A stretch of 64,000 nucleotides of DNA, from assembly GCA_005799825.1 (NCBI GenBank), contig SYFT01000024.1:11069-75068 (forward strand), read 5' to 3'. How positions within the stretch are numbered: the first letter of the stretch is position 1; every line of letters starts with the position of its first letter. Source of the stretch: Acidobacteriota bacterium (lineage in GTDB: Bacteria; Acidobacteriota; Vicinamibacteria; Vicinamibacterales; SCN-69-37). The position numbers and the translations under genes were made by a program. Below are positions 1 to 9,496 of this stretch, piece by piece. The notes under the pieces were generated by a model that saw nothing but the letters and a program-made list of their open reading frames with translations, had not been told where the DNA came from and searched no databases.

Positions 1-1
1 C

Positions 2-1855
2 TCACTGCGGCGGTTGGCCGCGTTTGCAACCGGCCAGGAGTTGAAAGTACCGACCCTTGGCGCTGACCTCGTGGCCATCGAAGCGTCGGCACGCGCGGCC
101 ATTGAGGCTTTCGACGCGCGCGCCACACACCAGACGCTGCCCCACATCGCGACGGGCCTGGGTCAGGTGCGCGCACTGCGCACGGTCGTGGCCGCCAGTT
201 CGTTGACCACCGACGCGCGCGCCGAACTTTCCTGGCGCCTCGATCGCAAGGCACGCGACTTCATGAAAGCCCTCGAACTCGCCCAGGGCATCGTCACCCA
301 CATCACCGTGCCTGATGGCAACGTGGTGCGCGGCCAGACCTTCGATGTCATGGCGCAGGTGTTCAACACAGGGACCGAGCCGATGTCGGTGGACGAGGTC
401 GCGCTCCAGGTGCCGACCGGCTGGACTGCTTCGCTCAAGCAGGGGCAGCCCGTCGCCTTGAAACACAACGAAGCCGCCACGCTGCTCTACAGCGTCACCG
501 TCGGCCCCAACGCCCGGTACTCACAGCCCTACTGGAAGCGCAGGCCTGGTCCCGTGGAGCGCACGGGGGGCGATATCTACGACCTCGACATTCCCGAGCA
601 CCATCTGCTGCCGTGGAGTCCTCCGGACGTGACCGCCACGGTGAGCTACACTGCCGGCGGAGCAAAGGCCGCGATCACGTCGCCCGCCTACTACCGCTAC
701 GACGGCCCGTGGGTGGGCGGAGAAAAGCAGAAGGTGCTGAACATCGTGCCGCACGTGTCGGTGAAACTGACGCCGGACATTGCGGTGGTGCCGCTCACGG
801 CGGGGGGCAAGAAGAAGGAATTTCGCGTCTCGGTACTCAACAACGCGCCTGGTGGCTCGGCAGTCAAGGTACGGCTCGAGACTCCGGAGGGCTGGCAGGT
901 GGAACCCGCCGAAGCCACGCTGAACTTCACAGTGGAAGAAGAAGAAATGTCGGCGCAGTTCTTCGTCACACCACCGGCGCGAGTGACGACGGGCGAAGCT
1001 GTGATTCGAGCTGTGGCAGTACGGGGGACCGAGGCGTTTCGCGAAGGCTATCAGGTGATCGCGTACAACCACATTCAGACGCGTCACCTCTTTCACCCGG
1101 CCGCCTCGAAGATCAAGATGATTGACGTCGTCGTGCCCGCCAACCTGCAGGTCGGCTACGTGGTGGGCACGGGCGATGACGTCCCTGCGGCCATCCGCCA
1201 GCTCGGCGCGACGGTCACCATGCTGTCGCCCGACGACATGGCGTTTGGGGACCTATCGAAATACTCGACGATTGTGCTCGGTATTCGCGCTTATGAGAAG
1301 CGGCCGGACGTGCGAGCCTACAACCAGCGGCTCTTCGACTTCGCGCGCAACGGTGGCCACCTGGTTGTGCAATACAACAAGACGGCCATGAATCAGCTCG
1401 GCGGTGGCCAGGCTGGTCCTGCTCCAGGTGCGTTCGGCGGCGGTGGCCCAGGCGGCGGACGCGGCGGTCGCGGCGGCGGCGCGCCCCCCAACAGTCCTTA
1501 CGTCCCGTATCCCGGTGGCATCACGAGCAATCGCGTGACGGTGGAGGAAGCGCCCGTGCGAGTCCTCGAGGACGGCACGACCGAGATGAGCCGCCCGAAC
1601 CGCATCACGGCGGCCGACTTCGCGGGCTGGGTGCAGGAGCGCGGCCTCTACTTCTTCGGCGCTAACGACCCGCGCTACACCGACATCCTGGCGGCCACCG
1701 ATCCGTGGGCCTTCAACCCGGGTGAAAAGAAGGGCATGCTGACCGTGGCCCAACTGGGCAAAGGCACGTGGACCTATGTGGGCCTCGGCCTCTGGCGCCA
1801 GTTGCCGGCCGGCACGCCGGGAGCGTACCGCATACTCGCGAACTTGCTGCGCTAG
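2..1855 (+). CDS. C-terminal part of a large hypothetical (probably secreted) protein; 5' end lies outside the window
   Basis: ORF is open to the window edge in frame 2. The segment STIVLGIRAYEKRPDVRAYNQRLFDFARNGGHLVVQYNK resembles the GATase1/ThuA-like module of long PIG-L/LmbE-type proteins (recalled, not searched). It contains a Gly/Arg tract [15 protein letters not shown]. Confidence 0.6.
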   Translation, partial: SLRRLAAFATGQELKVPTLGADLVAIEASARAAIEAFDARATHQTLPHIATGLGQVRALRTVVAASSLTTDARAELSWRLDRKARDFMKALELAQGIVTHITVPDGNVVRGQTFDVMAQVFNTGTEPMSVDEVALQVPTGWTASLKQGQPVALKHNEAATLLYSVTVGPNARYSQPYWKRRPGPVERTGGDIYDLDIPEHHLLPWSPPDVTATVSYTAGGAKAAITSPAYYRYDGPWVGGEKQKVLNIVPHVSVKLTPDIAVVPLTAGGKKKEFRVSVLNNAPGGSAVKVRLETPEGWQVEPAEATLNFTVEEEEMSAQFFVTPPARVTTGEAVIRAVAVRGTEAFREGYQVIAYNHIQTRHLFHPAASKIKMIDVVVPANLQVGYVVGTGDDVPAAIRQLGATVTMLSPDDMAFGDLSKYSTIVLGIRAYEKRPDVRAYNQRLFDFARNGGHLVVQYNKTAMNQLGGGQAGPAPGAFGGGGPGGGRGGRGGGAPPNSPYVPYPGGITSNRVTVEEAPVRVLEDGTTEMSRPNRITAADFAGWVQERGLYFFGANDPRYTDILAATDPWAFNPGEKKGMLTVAQLGKGTWTYVGLGLWRQLPAGTPGAYRILANLLR

Positions 1856-1865
1856 ACTTGAGCGG

Positions 1866-3080
1866 ATGTCTCCGTCTACGCGGCCGTCGCTGTCTCGTGC
1901 CGATGCGCCGCCCGGTGCCCTGCGCTGGATCCTCGTCATCGTCTTTCTGGACATGATGGGACTGGGCCTGCTGGTGCCGGTGATTCCGCTGATCGTGCGT
2001 GAGTTTCGTACCGACGCCCTCACGATTGGGTGGATCTCAATGGCGTACGCGGCCGCGCAGTTTGTGGCCTCGCCCCTGCTCGGCGCATGGTCGGACCGTC
2101 ATGGACGGCGGGGCGTGCTACTGCTCAGCTTCCTGGGTTCGGCAGCGGCGTACTTCGCATTTGGATGGGCTCCGGCCGTGTGGGTGCTCTTTGCCGGACG
2201 GATCATTGATGGCCTGACCGGTGCCAACGTCGGCATGTCGCAGGCGTACATCGCCGACATCACGGAAGTCGCCCAACGATCGCGGACGCTCGCGCTCTCG
2301 GGTGTTGCCCTCGGCGCCGGGTTCATCGTGGGTCCACTCGCAGGGATCGGGCTCTCTGCCTTCGGTCCGCACGTGCCGGCGTTTGCGGCCGGAGGCCTGG
2401 CGCTGGCCAGCACGTTACTGGCATGGTGGCGGCTGCCGGAATCACTGGCGGCGCATACCCGTGCCGCGCCCGCGACAGTGCGCCAACTGAATCCACTTGC
2501 GCCTCTCCTGCAGGCGCTGGGGCGGCGTTCCCTTCGGCCGCTCCTGGTGGCCACATTTCTCGCGAACTTCGCCATGGCAGCGCTGCGATCGCACTTCGCG
2601 TTTTTTGCCATCGCAGTTCTGGCCTTCAGCCAGTCGGATGCGAACCGCGTGATGGCATTCCTCGGTGTGATGATGGTCGTTGCCCAGGGCGGACTCGTGC
2701 GGCAGGCCGTGCATCGTTGGGGCGATCACGGCACGCTCGTGGTGGGCCTGATGCTGAGCGCTGTTGGTTTCGTCGGCCTCTCGGTGGCGGTCTCGCCGAC
2801 GATGCTCTACATGATGGTCGCCGTCACCGCCGTTGGTGTTGGACTCGGCACGCCCACGATGGCGGCGCTCGTGTCGCGCCGCTCCGGAGCCGTTGAGCAG
2901 GGCGTGATGCTCGGCGCCGCGCAGGCGTCCGCGTCGCTCGCACAAGTCATCGGTCCTGTCTGGGCGGGGTTCATCTTCGATCGCGCTGGGCCGCAGTTTC
3001 CCTTCAGCACGGGCGCCGCGCTCGTCGCGGCCGCCCTGCTTGTGGTGACGCTGAATCGCCCGCGCGAGTCCCGCTCGTAG
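1866..3080 (+). CDS. MFS transporter (drug/tetracycline-efflux-like)
   Basis: Polytopic hydrophobic profile. MFS loop motif GAWSDRHGRRGVLLLS. ATG at 1866 was chosen because the listed start at 1776 overlaps the preceding gene. Confidence 0.85.
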   Translation: MSPSTRPSLSRADAPPGALRWILVIVFLDMMGLGLLVPVIPLIVREFRTDALTIGWISMAYAAAQFVASPLLGAWSDRHGRRGVLLLSFLGSAAAYFAFGWAPAVWVLFAGRIIDGLTGANVGMSQAYIADITEVAQRSRTLALSGVALGAGFIVGPLAGIGLSAFGPHVPAFAAGGLALASTLLAWWRLPESLAAHTRAAPATVRQLNPLAPLLQALGRRSLRPLLVATFLANFAMAALRSHFAFFAIAVLAFSQSDANRVMAFLGVMMVVAQGGLVRQAVHRWGDHGTLVVGLMLSAVGFVGLSVAVSPTMLYMMVAVTAVGVGLGTPTMAALVSRRSGAVEQGVMLGAAQASASLAQVIGPVWAGFIFDRAGPQFPFSTGAALVAAALLVVTLNRPRESRS

Positions 3081-3156
3081 GACGCCCACTCGTCCGGGAT
3101 ATCCTTCCCCTGTGGTCGCGCACAGTCCCCGGCACAACACAGGCGTCAGCCAGGCT

Positions 3157-4518
3157 ATGCGGACGATGGCCGATCAGGCCTTCAGCCGGGCTGCGGGTGC
3201 GCCTCTTGTGGCCGGCAACTCCGTGCGCGTCCTGCGTGATGCCGTCGAAAACTATCCGGCGTGGGAGGACGCGATCCGCAGGGCTCGCCGAACCGTCCAT
3301 CTCCGGACCTACATCATCCATCGCGACGCCGTCGGGCGTCGCTTTGTCGATCTGCTGGCGGCCAAGACGCGTGAAGGTGTGGCGGTGCGGGTGCTCTATG
3401 ACTGGTTTGGTTGCGGAGCCGGGCTCGCCCTTGGCCTGTTCCATCCGCTGCGGCAGGCCGGCGCTGACGTGCGCGTGTTCAACCCTCCAACATTCGCGGC
3501 CATGCTCGGCTGGGTGGGGCGCAACCACCGCAAATTTCTCAAAGTTGACGGTGATGTGGCATTCATCGGCGGTCTCTGCATCGGGCAGGCGTGGGAAGGC
3601 ACCCGTCGCGTGGGCGCCTGGCGCGATACCGCCGTGCAACTGCAAGACCCCGTGGTGGGGGACGCCGAACGATCATTTGCCGACAGTGGGGCCGCAGCCG
3701 GAGATGACGACAAGACTGCCACTCTGGTGTGCGCAGATGCACCGCCGGTCGCAGACGAGGTGAATGTCCGCTTGATGCCCACGACGCCGTTCACAGCCAG
3801 CATCTTCCGGATGGACCTGCTTGTCGCCGCCATGGCCCGTCGGCGCTTCTGGATCGCTGACGCCTATTTCATCGAGCACGGCCCCTACGCCGACCTTTTG
3901 AGCCATGCCTCGCACGATGGCGTGGACGTTTGTCTGCTGTTGCCGCAGGGCAGTGACGTCGGATGGACCGTGCCTGTGTCCCGCAGCCTGTACCGATCGC
4001 TCCTGGGCGTCGGCGTGCGGGTGTTTGAGTGGACAGGGTCGATAATGCACGCCAAGACCGTCGTCGCAGACTCACGCTGGAGCCGCGTGGGCTCAACGAA
4101 CCTGAATATCAACAGCTGGCTCGGCAACTGGGAACTCGACGTCGCGATAGACGACGAGGGTGTGGCCAGAACCCTGGACGCGCACTTTGAGGAGGATATC
4201 GCCCACGCCACGGAGATCACCCTCTCGAAACAGGGACGGCGGCTGGCGACAGGGCCGAGCCGCCGCAGCGGACGGGCGCGGCGATCGGCACGCCGTGCAG
4301 TCCGCGAGGTGACGGGCGTGGCGCGCAGCGTGGGCGCTGCGCTGACCACAAGCCGGCCGCTCGAGGACTGTGAGGTGACGCCGCTGGTGGTGCTGGGCCT
4401 GGCTGGAATGATCGTGGTCGCGCTCTCGGTGTGGCAGCCGTGGATCGTCGCCTGGCCCATAGCCGTGGTGGTGGCATGGACCGCGGCCAGCCTGTTCGTG
4501 GAAGCGTGGTGCGCGTGA
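3157..4518 (+). CDS. Phospholipase D / cardiolipin synthase-like protein (two HKD motifs)
   Basis: HKD motifs HRKFLKVDG and HAKTVVADSRWSRVGSTNLN. Hydrophobic C-terminal tail VVLGLAGMIVVALSVWQPWIVAWPIAVVVAWTAASLF. Confidence 0.85.
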   Translation: MRTMADQAFSRAAGAPLVAGNSVRVLRDAVENYPAWEDAIRRARRTVHLRTYIIHRDAVGRRFVDLLAAKTREGVAVRVLYDWFGCGAGLALGLFHPLRQAGADVRVFNPPTFAAMLGWVGRNHRKFLKVDGDVAFIGGLCIGQAWEGTRRVGAWRDTAVQLQDPVVGDAERSFADSGAAAGDDDKTATLVCADAPPVADEVNVRLMPTTPFTASIFRMDLLVAAMARRRFWIADAYFIEHGPYADLLSHASHDGVDVCLLLPQGSDVGWTVPVSRSLYRSLLGVGVRVFEWTGSIMHAKTVVADSRWSRVGSTNLNINSWLGNWELDVAIDDEGVARTLDAHFEEDIAHATEITLSKQGRRLATGPSRRSGRARRSARRAVREVTGVARSVGAALTTSRPLEDCEVTPLVVLGLAGMIVVALSVWQPWIVAWPIAVVVAWTAASLFVEAWCA

Positions 4519-4526
4519 AGGCGCCC

Positions 4527-5363
4527 ATGACGCGACCAGTGGCCATCCGCGCCGTGACGCGTTTTGTCAGGGGTCTCCCAACGCACGATCAGGATCTGGT
4601 GGCGGCCGAGGCGCCGATTGCCCTGCGCCTGCACGCACACACGGGCCACGAACGCGATCTGGGCCTCCTGATGCGCACACCTGGGCATGACGAGGACCTG
4701 GCGACGGGCGTACTGACGGCCGAAGGCGTCGTCTTCCGCGCAGGCGATCTCGTGGCGATCGAGGTGCATCACGATGAGGCGCGCAAGAGTGATGCAGCCG
4801 ATCGCACGGACGTGATCCACGTCTGGGTGGGTCCAGGGGCCGACATCAATGCCATCAGTGACCGTGTGGGGACCGCGACCAGCGCGTGCGGGCTGTGCGG
4901 CCGGCTGTCGATGCGGCAGATTGATCGCCTGGGCGCGCCCCTGGCAACCGAGGCGCCGCGCGTGAGCGCTGACCTCATTCAGTCGTTGCCGGACCGGCTT
5001 CGCGAGGCCCAACACGCGTTCGCCCAGACAGGTGGCCTGCATGCGGCCGCGGTCTTCACGGCGGATGGCGCATTGGTGGACATGCGGGAGGATGTGGGCC
5101 GCCACAATGCGGTGGACAAAGTCGTGGGCGCGCTGCTTCGCCGTGACGGCCTGCCTGCCCGCGATCTCATCCTCGCCGTGAGCGGCCGAGTGGCGTACGA
5201 AATTGTCCAGAAGGCGGCCATGGCCGGCCTGCCCATGATCGTGGCCGTCGGGGCGCCCACCGACCTGGCGGTGGACGCGGCACGCGCGTGCGGCATTACC
5301 GTCCTCGGGTTCGTCCGCGACGGCCGGTTCAACGTTTACACCCACGGCCAACGGGTCCTCTGA
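4527..5363 (+). CDS. fdhD: Formate dehydrogenase accessory sulfurtransferase FdhD
   Basis: FdhD signature DVGRHNAVDKVVGALL. ATG at 4527 lies 8 nt after the upstream stop. Confidence 0.85.
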   Translation: MTRPVAIRAVTRFVRGLPTHDQDLVAAEAPIALRLHAHTGHERDLGLLMRTPGHDEDLATGVLTAEGVVFRAGDLVAIEVHHDEARKSDAADRTDVIHVWVGPGADINAISDRVGTATSACGLCGRLSMRQIDRLGAPLATEAPRVSADLIQSLPDRLREAQHAFAQTGGLHAAAVFTADGALVDMREDVGRHNAVDKVVGALLRRDGLPARDLILAVSGRVAYEIVQKAAMAGLPMIVAVGAPTDLAVDAARACGITVLGFVRDGRFNVYTHGQRVL

Positions 5364-5701
5364 ACGGGAATTTTTCCGCAGTCTGACGCTGACCGAGCGA
5401 AATTGAACGCGCGTCGTGGACGGCGTTTACAGGGTTTATCGAGGGCCGGTCCTGCGGAAAATTGCGGCAAGGATCCTGCAGAGTCAACGGGCAGCGATGC
5501 ATCCATGACGACCCGTGTCCTCCCCTTTATTGGCCTGCTGATGTGGCTGGCAGCTCTCGGCATGGTGCCGATGGCGTGGCAGGTCATGCACTTGTTGGCG
5601 TCGTACCCCTTCTTGCCCACTTCAATTTTGACCGTATCCTGCGCGCCAGGTGTTCCCGCGGCCACCAATGACAGACCCGAGACCAGTAACATTCCCGTCA
5701 A
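5336..5701 (-). pseudogene. Possible remnant of a small c-type cytochrome
   Basis: Signal-peptide-like KFAVRLTGMLLVSGLSLVAAGTPGAQD followed by heme motif CMTCH. After that the ORF becomes low-complexity, Arg/Pro-rich, and overlaps the fdhD 3' end. No canonical ATG precedes the signal peptide. Confidence 0.3.
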
Positions 5702-5800
5702 TCTAACTGCGAACTTCTCGATAACACACCCCTTCTATCCATAAATTTTTGCACCATTCGTGCCAACTCGCTGCCGCCCAGGCCTGTGATCGACAGGCGG

Positions 5801-5838
5801 CATTTCGCCATTTCTGACATTTCCCCCATTTCGCCATT
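5801..5838. promoter_or_regulatory. Periodic CATTTC repeats, including a 12-bp direct repeat CATTTCGCCATT x2, upstream of blaI
   Basis: CATTTC occurs at 5801, 5809, 5818 and 5827. CATTTCGCCATT occurs at 5801-5812 and 5827-5838. The block lies 42-79 nt upstream of the blaI ATG in a locally AT-richer stretch. Confidence 0.35.
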
Positions 5839-5879
5839 ACGGTAAACTGCCGGGGTGGATTGGGGAGTATCCCGCACCA

Positions 5880-6284
5880 ATGGTTGATAAGACCTCCACG
5901 CTCCTGGGACCGCTGGAATGGCGTGTACTCGACGCCCTCTGGGCCCGGGGCACAGCCGCGACCGTGCGCGACCTCCAGCCTGAGTTCCCTGACATCGCGT
6001 ACACCACGCTGATGACCACGCTGGACCGCCTGCACCGGAAGCGGGTGCTCACGCGCACCAAAGAAGGCCGGGCCTTCGTCTACGAGCCGGTGTACGGCCG
6101 GGCCGCCTTTGATTCGCGTCGCGCCACGCAGGCGCTGCTCGCGGCCGTTGAACGAGGCGGACCATCGGCCACGCCGGTGCTGTCGTGTTTTGTCGAGGCC
6201 CTCGGCAATTACGATGAAGCCCTGCTCAGCGAGCTGGAAATATTGGTGCGCGCGCGCCGTGCACATCGCGAGAACGCCGAATGA
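5880..6284 (+). CDS. BlaI/MecI/CopY-family transcriptional repressor
   Basis: Winged-helix region LGPLEWRVLDALWARGTAATVRDLQPEFPDIAYTTLMTTLDRLHRKRVLTRTKEGRAFVYEP. Confidence 0.85.
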   Translation: MVDKTSTLLGPLEWRVLDALWARGTAATVRDLQPEFPDIAYTTLMTTLDRLHRKRVLTRTKEGRAFVYEPVYGRAAFDSRRATQALLAAVERGGPSATPVLSCFVEALGNYDEALLSELEILVRARRAHRENAE

Positions 6285-7252
6285 CATTCGTCGTGCGATG
6301 TCTCGTGCTGGCACTCGCTGCGTTTAGCGTGGCCGCCCTCGTGACAGCGCTCATCGTCGCACTGACGTCGTGGCGGCGACCGCCGGCCGGGTCTGCGGCC
6401 GCGCGCGCGGACGCCCTGCTGCGCCTGCGCCTCCTTCCGTCGGGCGCAGCCGCGCTTGCGTGTCTGTTTGCGCTCATCGGGCTGTGGCGTTTTGAGTCGC
6501 GTGGTGTGGACGAGTTGCTGGGGTGGACGGTGCTCGCCAGTGCGGCGACCGGGGCCTGGCTCATGACGGTGTTCCTGACGCGGCTCTGGCGCATGCGCCT
6601 CGAGACGCGTCGGCTCCTGACATCCTGGCTGGCAGACGCCACACCGCTCTGGCTGCCGGGCGTCACCGTGCCGGCCTTCCGCATCGACTCCGGGTTCCCC
6701 GTGGTGGCGGTGGTCGGGATCTTCCGCCCCACCCTTGTGGTGGACGCCATCGTTCTTGATGGATGCAGCGCCGATGAACTTGCGGCCATCCTCGCGCACG
6801 AACACGGCCATCTGCGCCGGTGGGACAACCTGCGGCGCGCGCTTTTTGCCGCAGCACCCGACCCTCTGTCGCACACGGCGGCCGGTGTCCGGCTGCGTGA
6901 CGACTGGCGCGTGGCCACCGAAGAAGCGGCCGACGACGCGGCCGCCGAGCACGGAGACGATGCCCGGCTCCACCTGGCCAGCGCACTGCTTCGTGTGGCC
7001 CGCCTCGCGCCACGATTCTCCGCACACGCGTCCGTGGTCTTCCACGGCGCACAACTGCCCGCAAGCGCGCTGTATCGCGGTGAAAGCGTCGAGTGCCGCG
7101 TCCGGCGGTTGATGGCAGCCGCCCCGGCTACGACCGGACGCACGAACCGTGGTCTGGGCCTTGGCCTCACCACAGCGATGGTCACGACCGCTTTCACATT
7201 CCAACGTGATATTCACGACATGATGGAGGTCGTGATCGCGCTACTTCCGTAG
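6281..7252 (+). CDS. BlaR1/MecR1-like M56 membrane metalloprotease (short form, no obvious sensor domain)
   Basis: ATGA start/stop overlap with blaI. N-terminal TM helices. HExxH motif in ILAHEHGHLRRWDN. Confidence 0.8.
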   Translation: MTFVVRCLVLALAAFSVAALVTALIVALTSWRRPPAGSAAARADALLRLRLLPSGAAALACLFALIGLWRFESRGVDELLGWTVLASAATGAWLMTVFLTRLWRMRLETRRLLTSWLADATPLWLPGVTVPAFRIDSGFPVVAVVGIFRPTLVVDAIVLDGCSADELAAILAHEHGHLRRWDNLRRALFAAAPDPLSHTAAGVRLRDDWRVATEEAADDAAAEHGDDARLHLASALLRVARLAPRFSAHASVVFHGAQLPASALYRGESVECRVRRLMAAAPATTGRTNRGLGLGLTTAMVTTAFTFQRDIHDMMEVVIALLP

Positions 7253-7286
7253 GGCACTGGGCTCAGTGTCGTACTATTGTTCTGTC

Positions 7287-9494
7287 ATGCGCTTCTTCAG
7301 GGTCCTGGCGGTCGTCGCCATCGCCCTTCTGACCTTCGTCTCCAGCGCCTTCGCGCTTGAAGGACGACTGGTGGACAAACGGACCGGCTCACCGGTGGCG
7401 GGCGCCGAAGTCATGATTGTGGGTTTGACCGGATCCGTGAGGACCGATGCGGACGGGCGGTTCTCCTGGAAGCCCGATCCTGTCGCGCCGTTTGAACTGC
7501 TGGTGCTGATGCCCAACGGCACGCTGACGCGGCCGGCCCGCGTGGCGACCGTTGATGCGGCCGCCGTGCTGACGATCTCCATCGAACCGGTCGTGAACGA
7601 GGAGGTCACGGTGACCGCTGGCCTGGCGCCGAGCATTGATGCAGCGCCCGGCGCCGGCATGACGCTGCTTTCGGGACGCGACGTGGCGCTACGCCAGCCC
7701 AGCAACCTCGTGCAGGCGCTTGAGAACGTGCCCGGTGTGAATCAAGTATCCGAGGGACAGGCGGCGGTTCCGGCCGTGCGCGGATTGGCGCGTGGACGCA
7801 CACTCATCCTGATCGACGGAGCCCGAGTCACCTCCGAGCGGCGCGCGGGCCCAGGTGCAACCTTCCTGGATCCATTCGGTATCAGCTCGGTGGACGTGGC
7901 TCGGGGGCCGGGATCGGTGGCGTATGGCTCGGATGCGTTTGGCGGTGTGGTCTCGGTGCAGACACCTCGCCCCACCATTGGTGGTCCCTGGCGGGGCCGG
8001 ATGACTGGGACGCTTGGTGCGGGCGTACCCGATCGCCGGGGCGGCATCGAAGTTCAGAAAGGCTATGCCACCGGCGCGTTCATCCTGCAGGCGCACGCGC
8101 GGGACGTGGAGGACTACGAGAGCCCGACGGCCGCCGTCCTCAATTCAGGCTACGAAGATCGCGGGCTCATGGCGCGCGTGGACCAGCAGGTCGGAGGCGG
8201 CCTCCTGTCGCTGGGATGGCAAAGCGACCTGGGCCGCAACATCGAACGCCCACGCAACAACTCGGCGACCACGCGGTTCTATTACCCGTTCGACAATTCC
8301 CATCGCGCCACAGCCACCTATGAAATCGCGGGCGCGGCGGGCCTCGACCTCGTTTCAGTACAGGGCTTCTTTGGCACCGTGCAGCAACGCACGGACCAGG
8401 ATCGGAATGCAACAGCCACCGTCCCGCGTCAGATCGTCCGCGCCGACACCGAGTCGAAGGACTTCTCCATACGTGCAATCGCGGAGAAATTCCTCAGCCG
8501 CGCGCGCCTCGAGTTCGGCGCCGACATCAATGGCCGCTTCGGCCTGCAGGCACACGACATCCAGATAGACTTCAGTGCCACCGGGGCCGAAACCTCCCGC
8601 ACCGACAATCTCTCGACCGAGTCGGCGCGTCGCAGTGACACGGGGCTCTTCTTCCAGGCCGCCGTCACGATAGCCCCGCGGGCGCGTGCCACAGGCGGCG
8701 CGCGCGTAGACTTCGTGTCGTCGAAGAACACCGGCGGCTACTTCGGAGATAAGTCAATTTCGCACCAGGCCATGTCGGGATTTGGCGCACTGACGATCGG
8801 ACCGTTTGATGGCTTGACTTTTACTGCGCAGATCTCGCGTGGCTTTCGCGATCCCACGCTGTCGGACCGCTTCTATCGGGGGCCGTCAGGGCGCGGCTTC
8901 ATTGCCGGCAATCCGGACCTTGACCCGGAGACCAGCCTGCAACTGGATTTCGGCGCCCGGTATACCTCCGGCCGCGTCCGCCTGGCCGCCTACGTTTACC
9001 ACTATCGGATCACGGATCTGATTGAACGTTACACGACCACTGCGGATTTGTTTTTCTCACGCAATCGCGGCAAGGCGCAGTACCGCGGCGTCGAAGTGGA
9101 GGCGCAGGCCGACCTCGGTCGCGGCTTTATCCTTGAACTAAGCGGCCAGACCGCACGCGGCCGTGCCGTGGAAGAAGCCGATGACACGTTGTGGCTCGAC
9201 GATGTGGCCCCAAACATGCTGACGGTCGTCCTTCGCAAACGCCTGTTGGAAAAGGGCTCGGCACACATTCGAGTCGCCGCCACCAGCGACGACGAGCGGC
9301 CCGGCGTCAGTGAGACCCGCGCGCCCGGTTACACACTCTTGGACGCGGGCGCGAGTTGGGCCCTGTCACCGCACATCGAACTGCGCGCCAACGGCCGAAA
9401 CCTCCTCAACCAGTCCTACTTCGCCAGCCCGGATCCGCGCTGGGTCTGGGCGCCGGGCCGCAGCGCATCGCTGACCTTCGTCGCGCAATATTAA
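7287..9494 (+). CDS. TonB-dependent outer-membrane receptor with N-terminal carboxypeptidase-regulatory-like domain
   Basis: Signal peptide MRFFRVLAVVAIALLTFVSSAFA. CarboxypepD_reg-like GRLVDKRTGSPVAGAEVMIVGLTGSVRTDADGRFSW. Plug-like DGARVTSERRAGPGA. C-terminal beta-barrel ending SLTFVAQY. Confidence 0.85.
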   Translation: MRFFRVLAVVAIALLTFVSSAFALEGRLVDKRTGSPVAGAEVMIVGLTGSVRTDADGRFSWKPDPVAPFELLVLMPNGTLTRPARVATVDAAAVLTISIEPVVNEEVTVTAGLAPSIDAAPGAGMTLLSGRDVALRQPSNLVQALENVPGVNQVSEGQAAVPAVRGLARGRTLILIDGARVTSERRAGPGATFLDPFGISSVDVARGPGSVAYGSDAFGGVVSVQTPRPTIGGPWRGRMTGTLGAGVPDRRGGIEVQKGYATGAFILQAHARDVEDYESPTAAVLNSGYEDRGLMARVDQQVGGGLLSLGWQSDLGRNIERPRNNSATTRFYYPFDNSHRATATYEIAGAAGLDLVSVQGFFGTVQQRTDQDRNATATVPRQIVRADTESKDFSIRAIAEKFLSRARLEFGADINGRFGLQAHDIQIDFSATGAETSRTDNLSTESARRSDTGLFFQAAVTIAPRARATGGARVDFVSSKNTGGYFGDKSISHQAMSGFGALTIGPFDGLTFTAQISRGFRDPTLSDRFYRGPSGRGFIAGNPDLDPETSLQLDFGARYTSGRVRLAAYVYHYRITDLIERYTTTADLFFSRNRGKAQYRGVEVEAQADLGRGFILELSGQTARGRAVEEADDTLWLDDVAPNMLTVVLRKRLLEKGSAHIRVAATSDDERPGVSETRAPGYTLLDAGASWALSPHIELRANGRNLLNQSYFASPDPRWVWAPGRSASLTFVAQY

Positions 9495-9496
9495 CT

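Noticed and set aside
3885-5351. 488-aa minus-strand ORF. Similar long ORFs include 6209..7216, 22987..24306, 26682..27881, 29114..30118, 41399..42421, 42958..44766, 51984..52739 and 62834..63550.
   Set aside because: All lie antisense to, or out of frame with, genes carrying strong family motifs. Their translations are Arg/Gly/Pro/His-rich low-complexity sequence, typical of stop-poor alternative frames in high-GC DNA.
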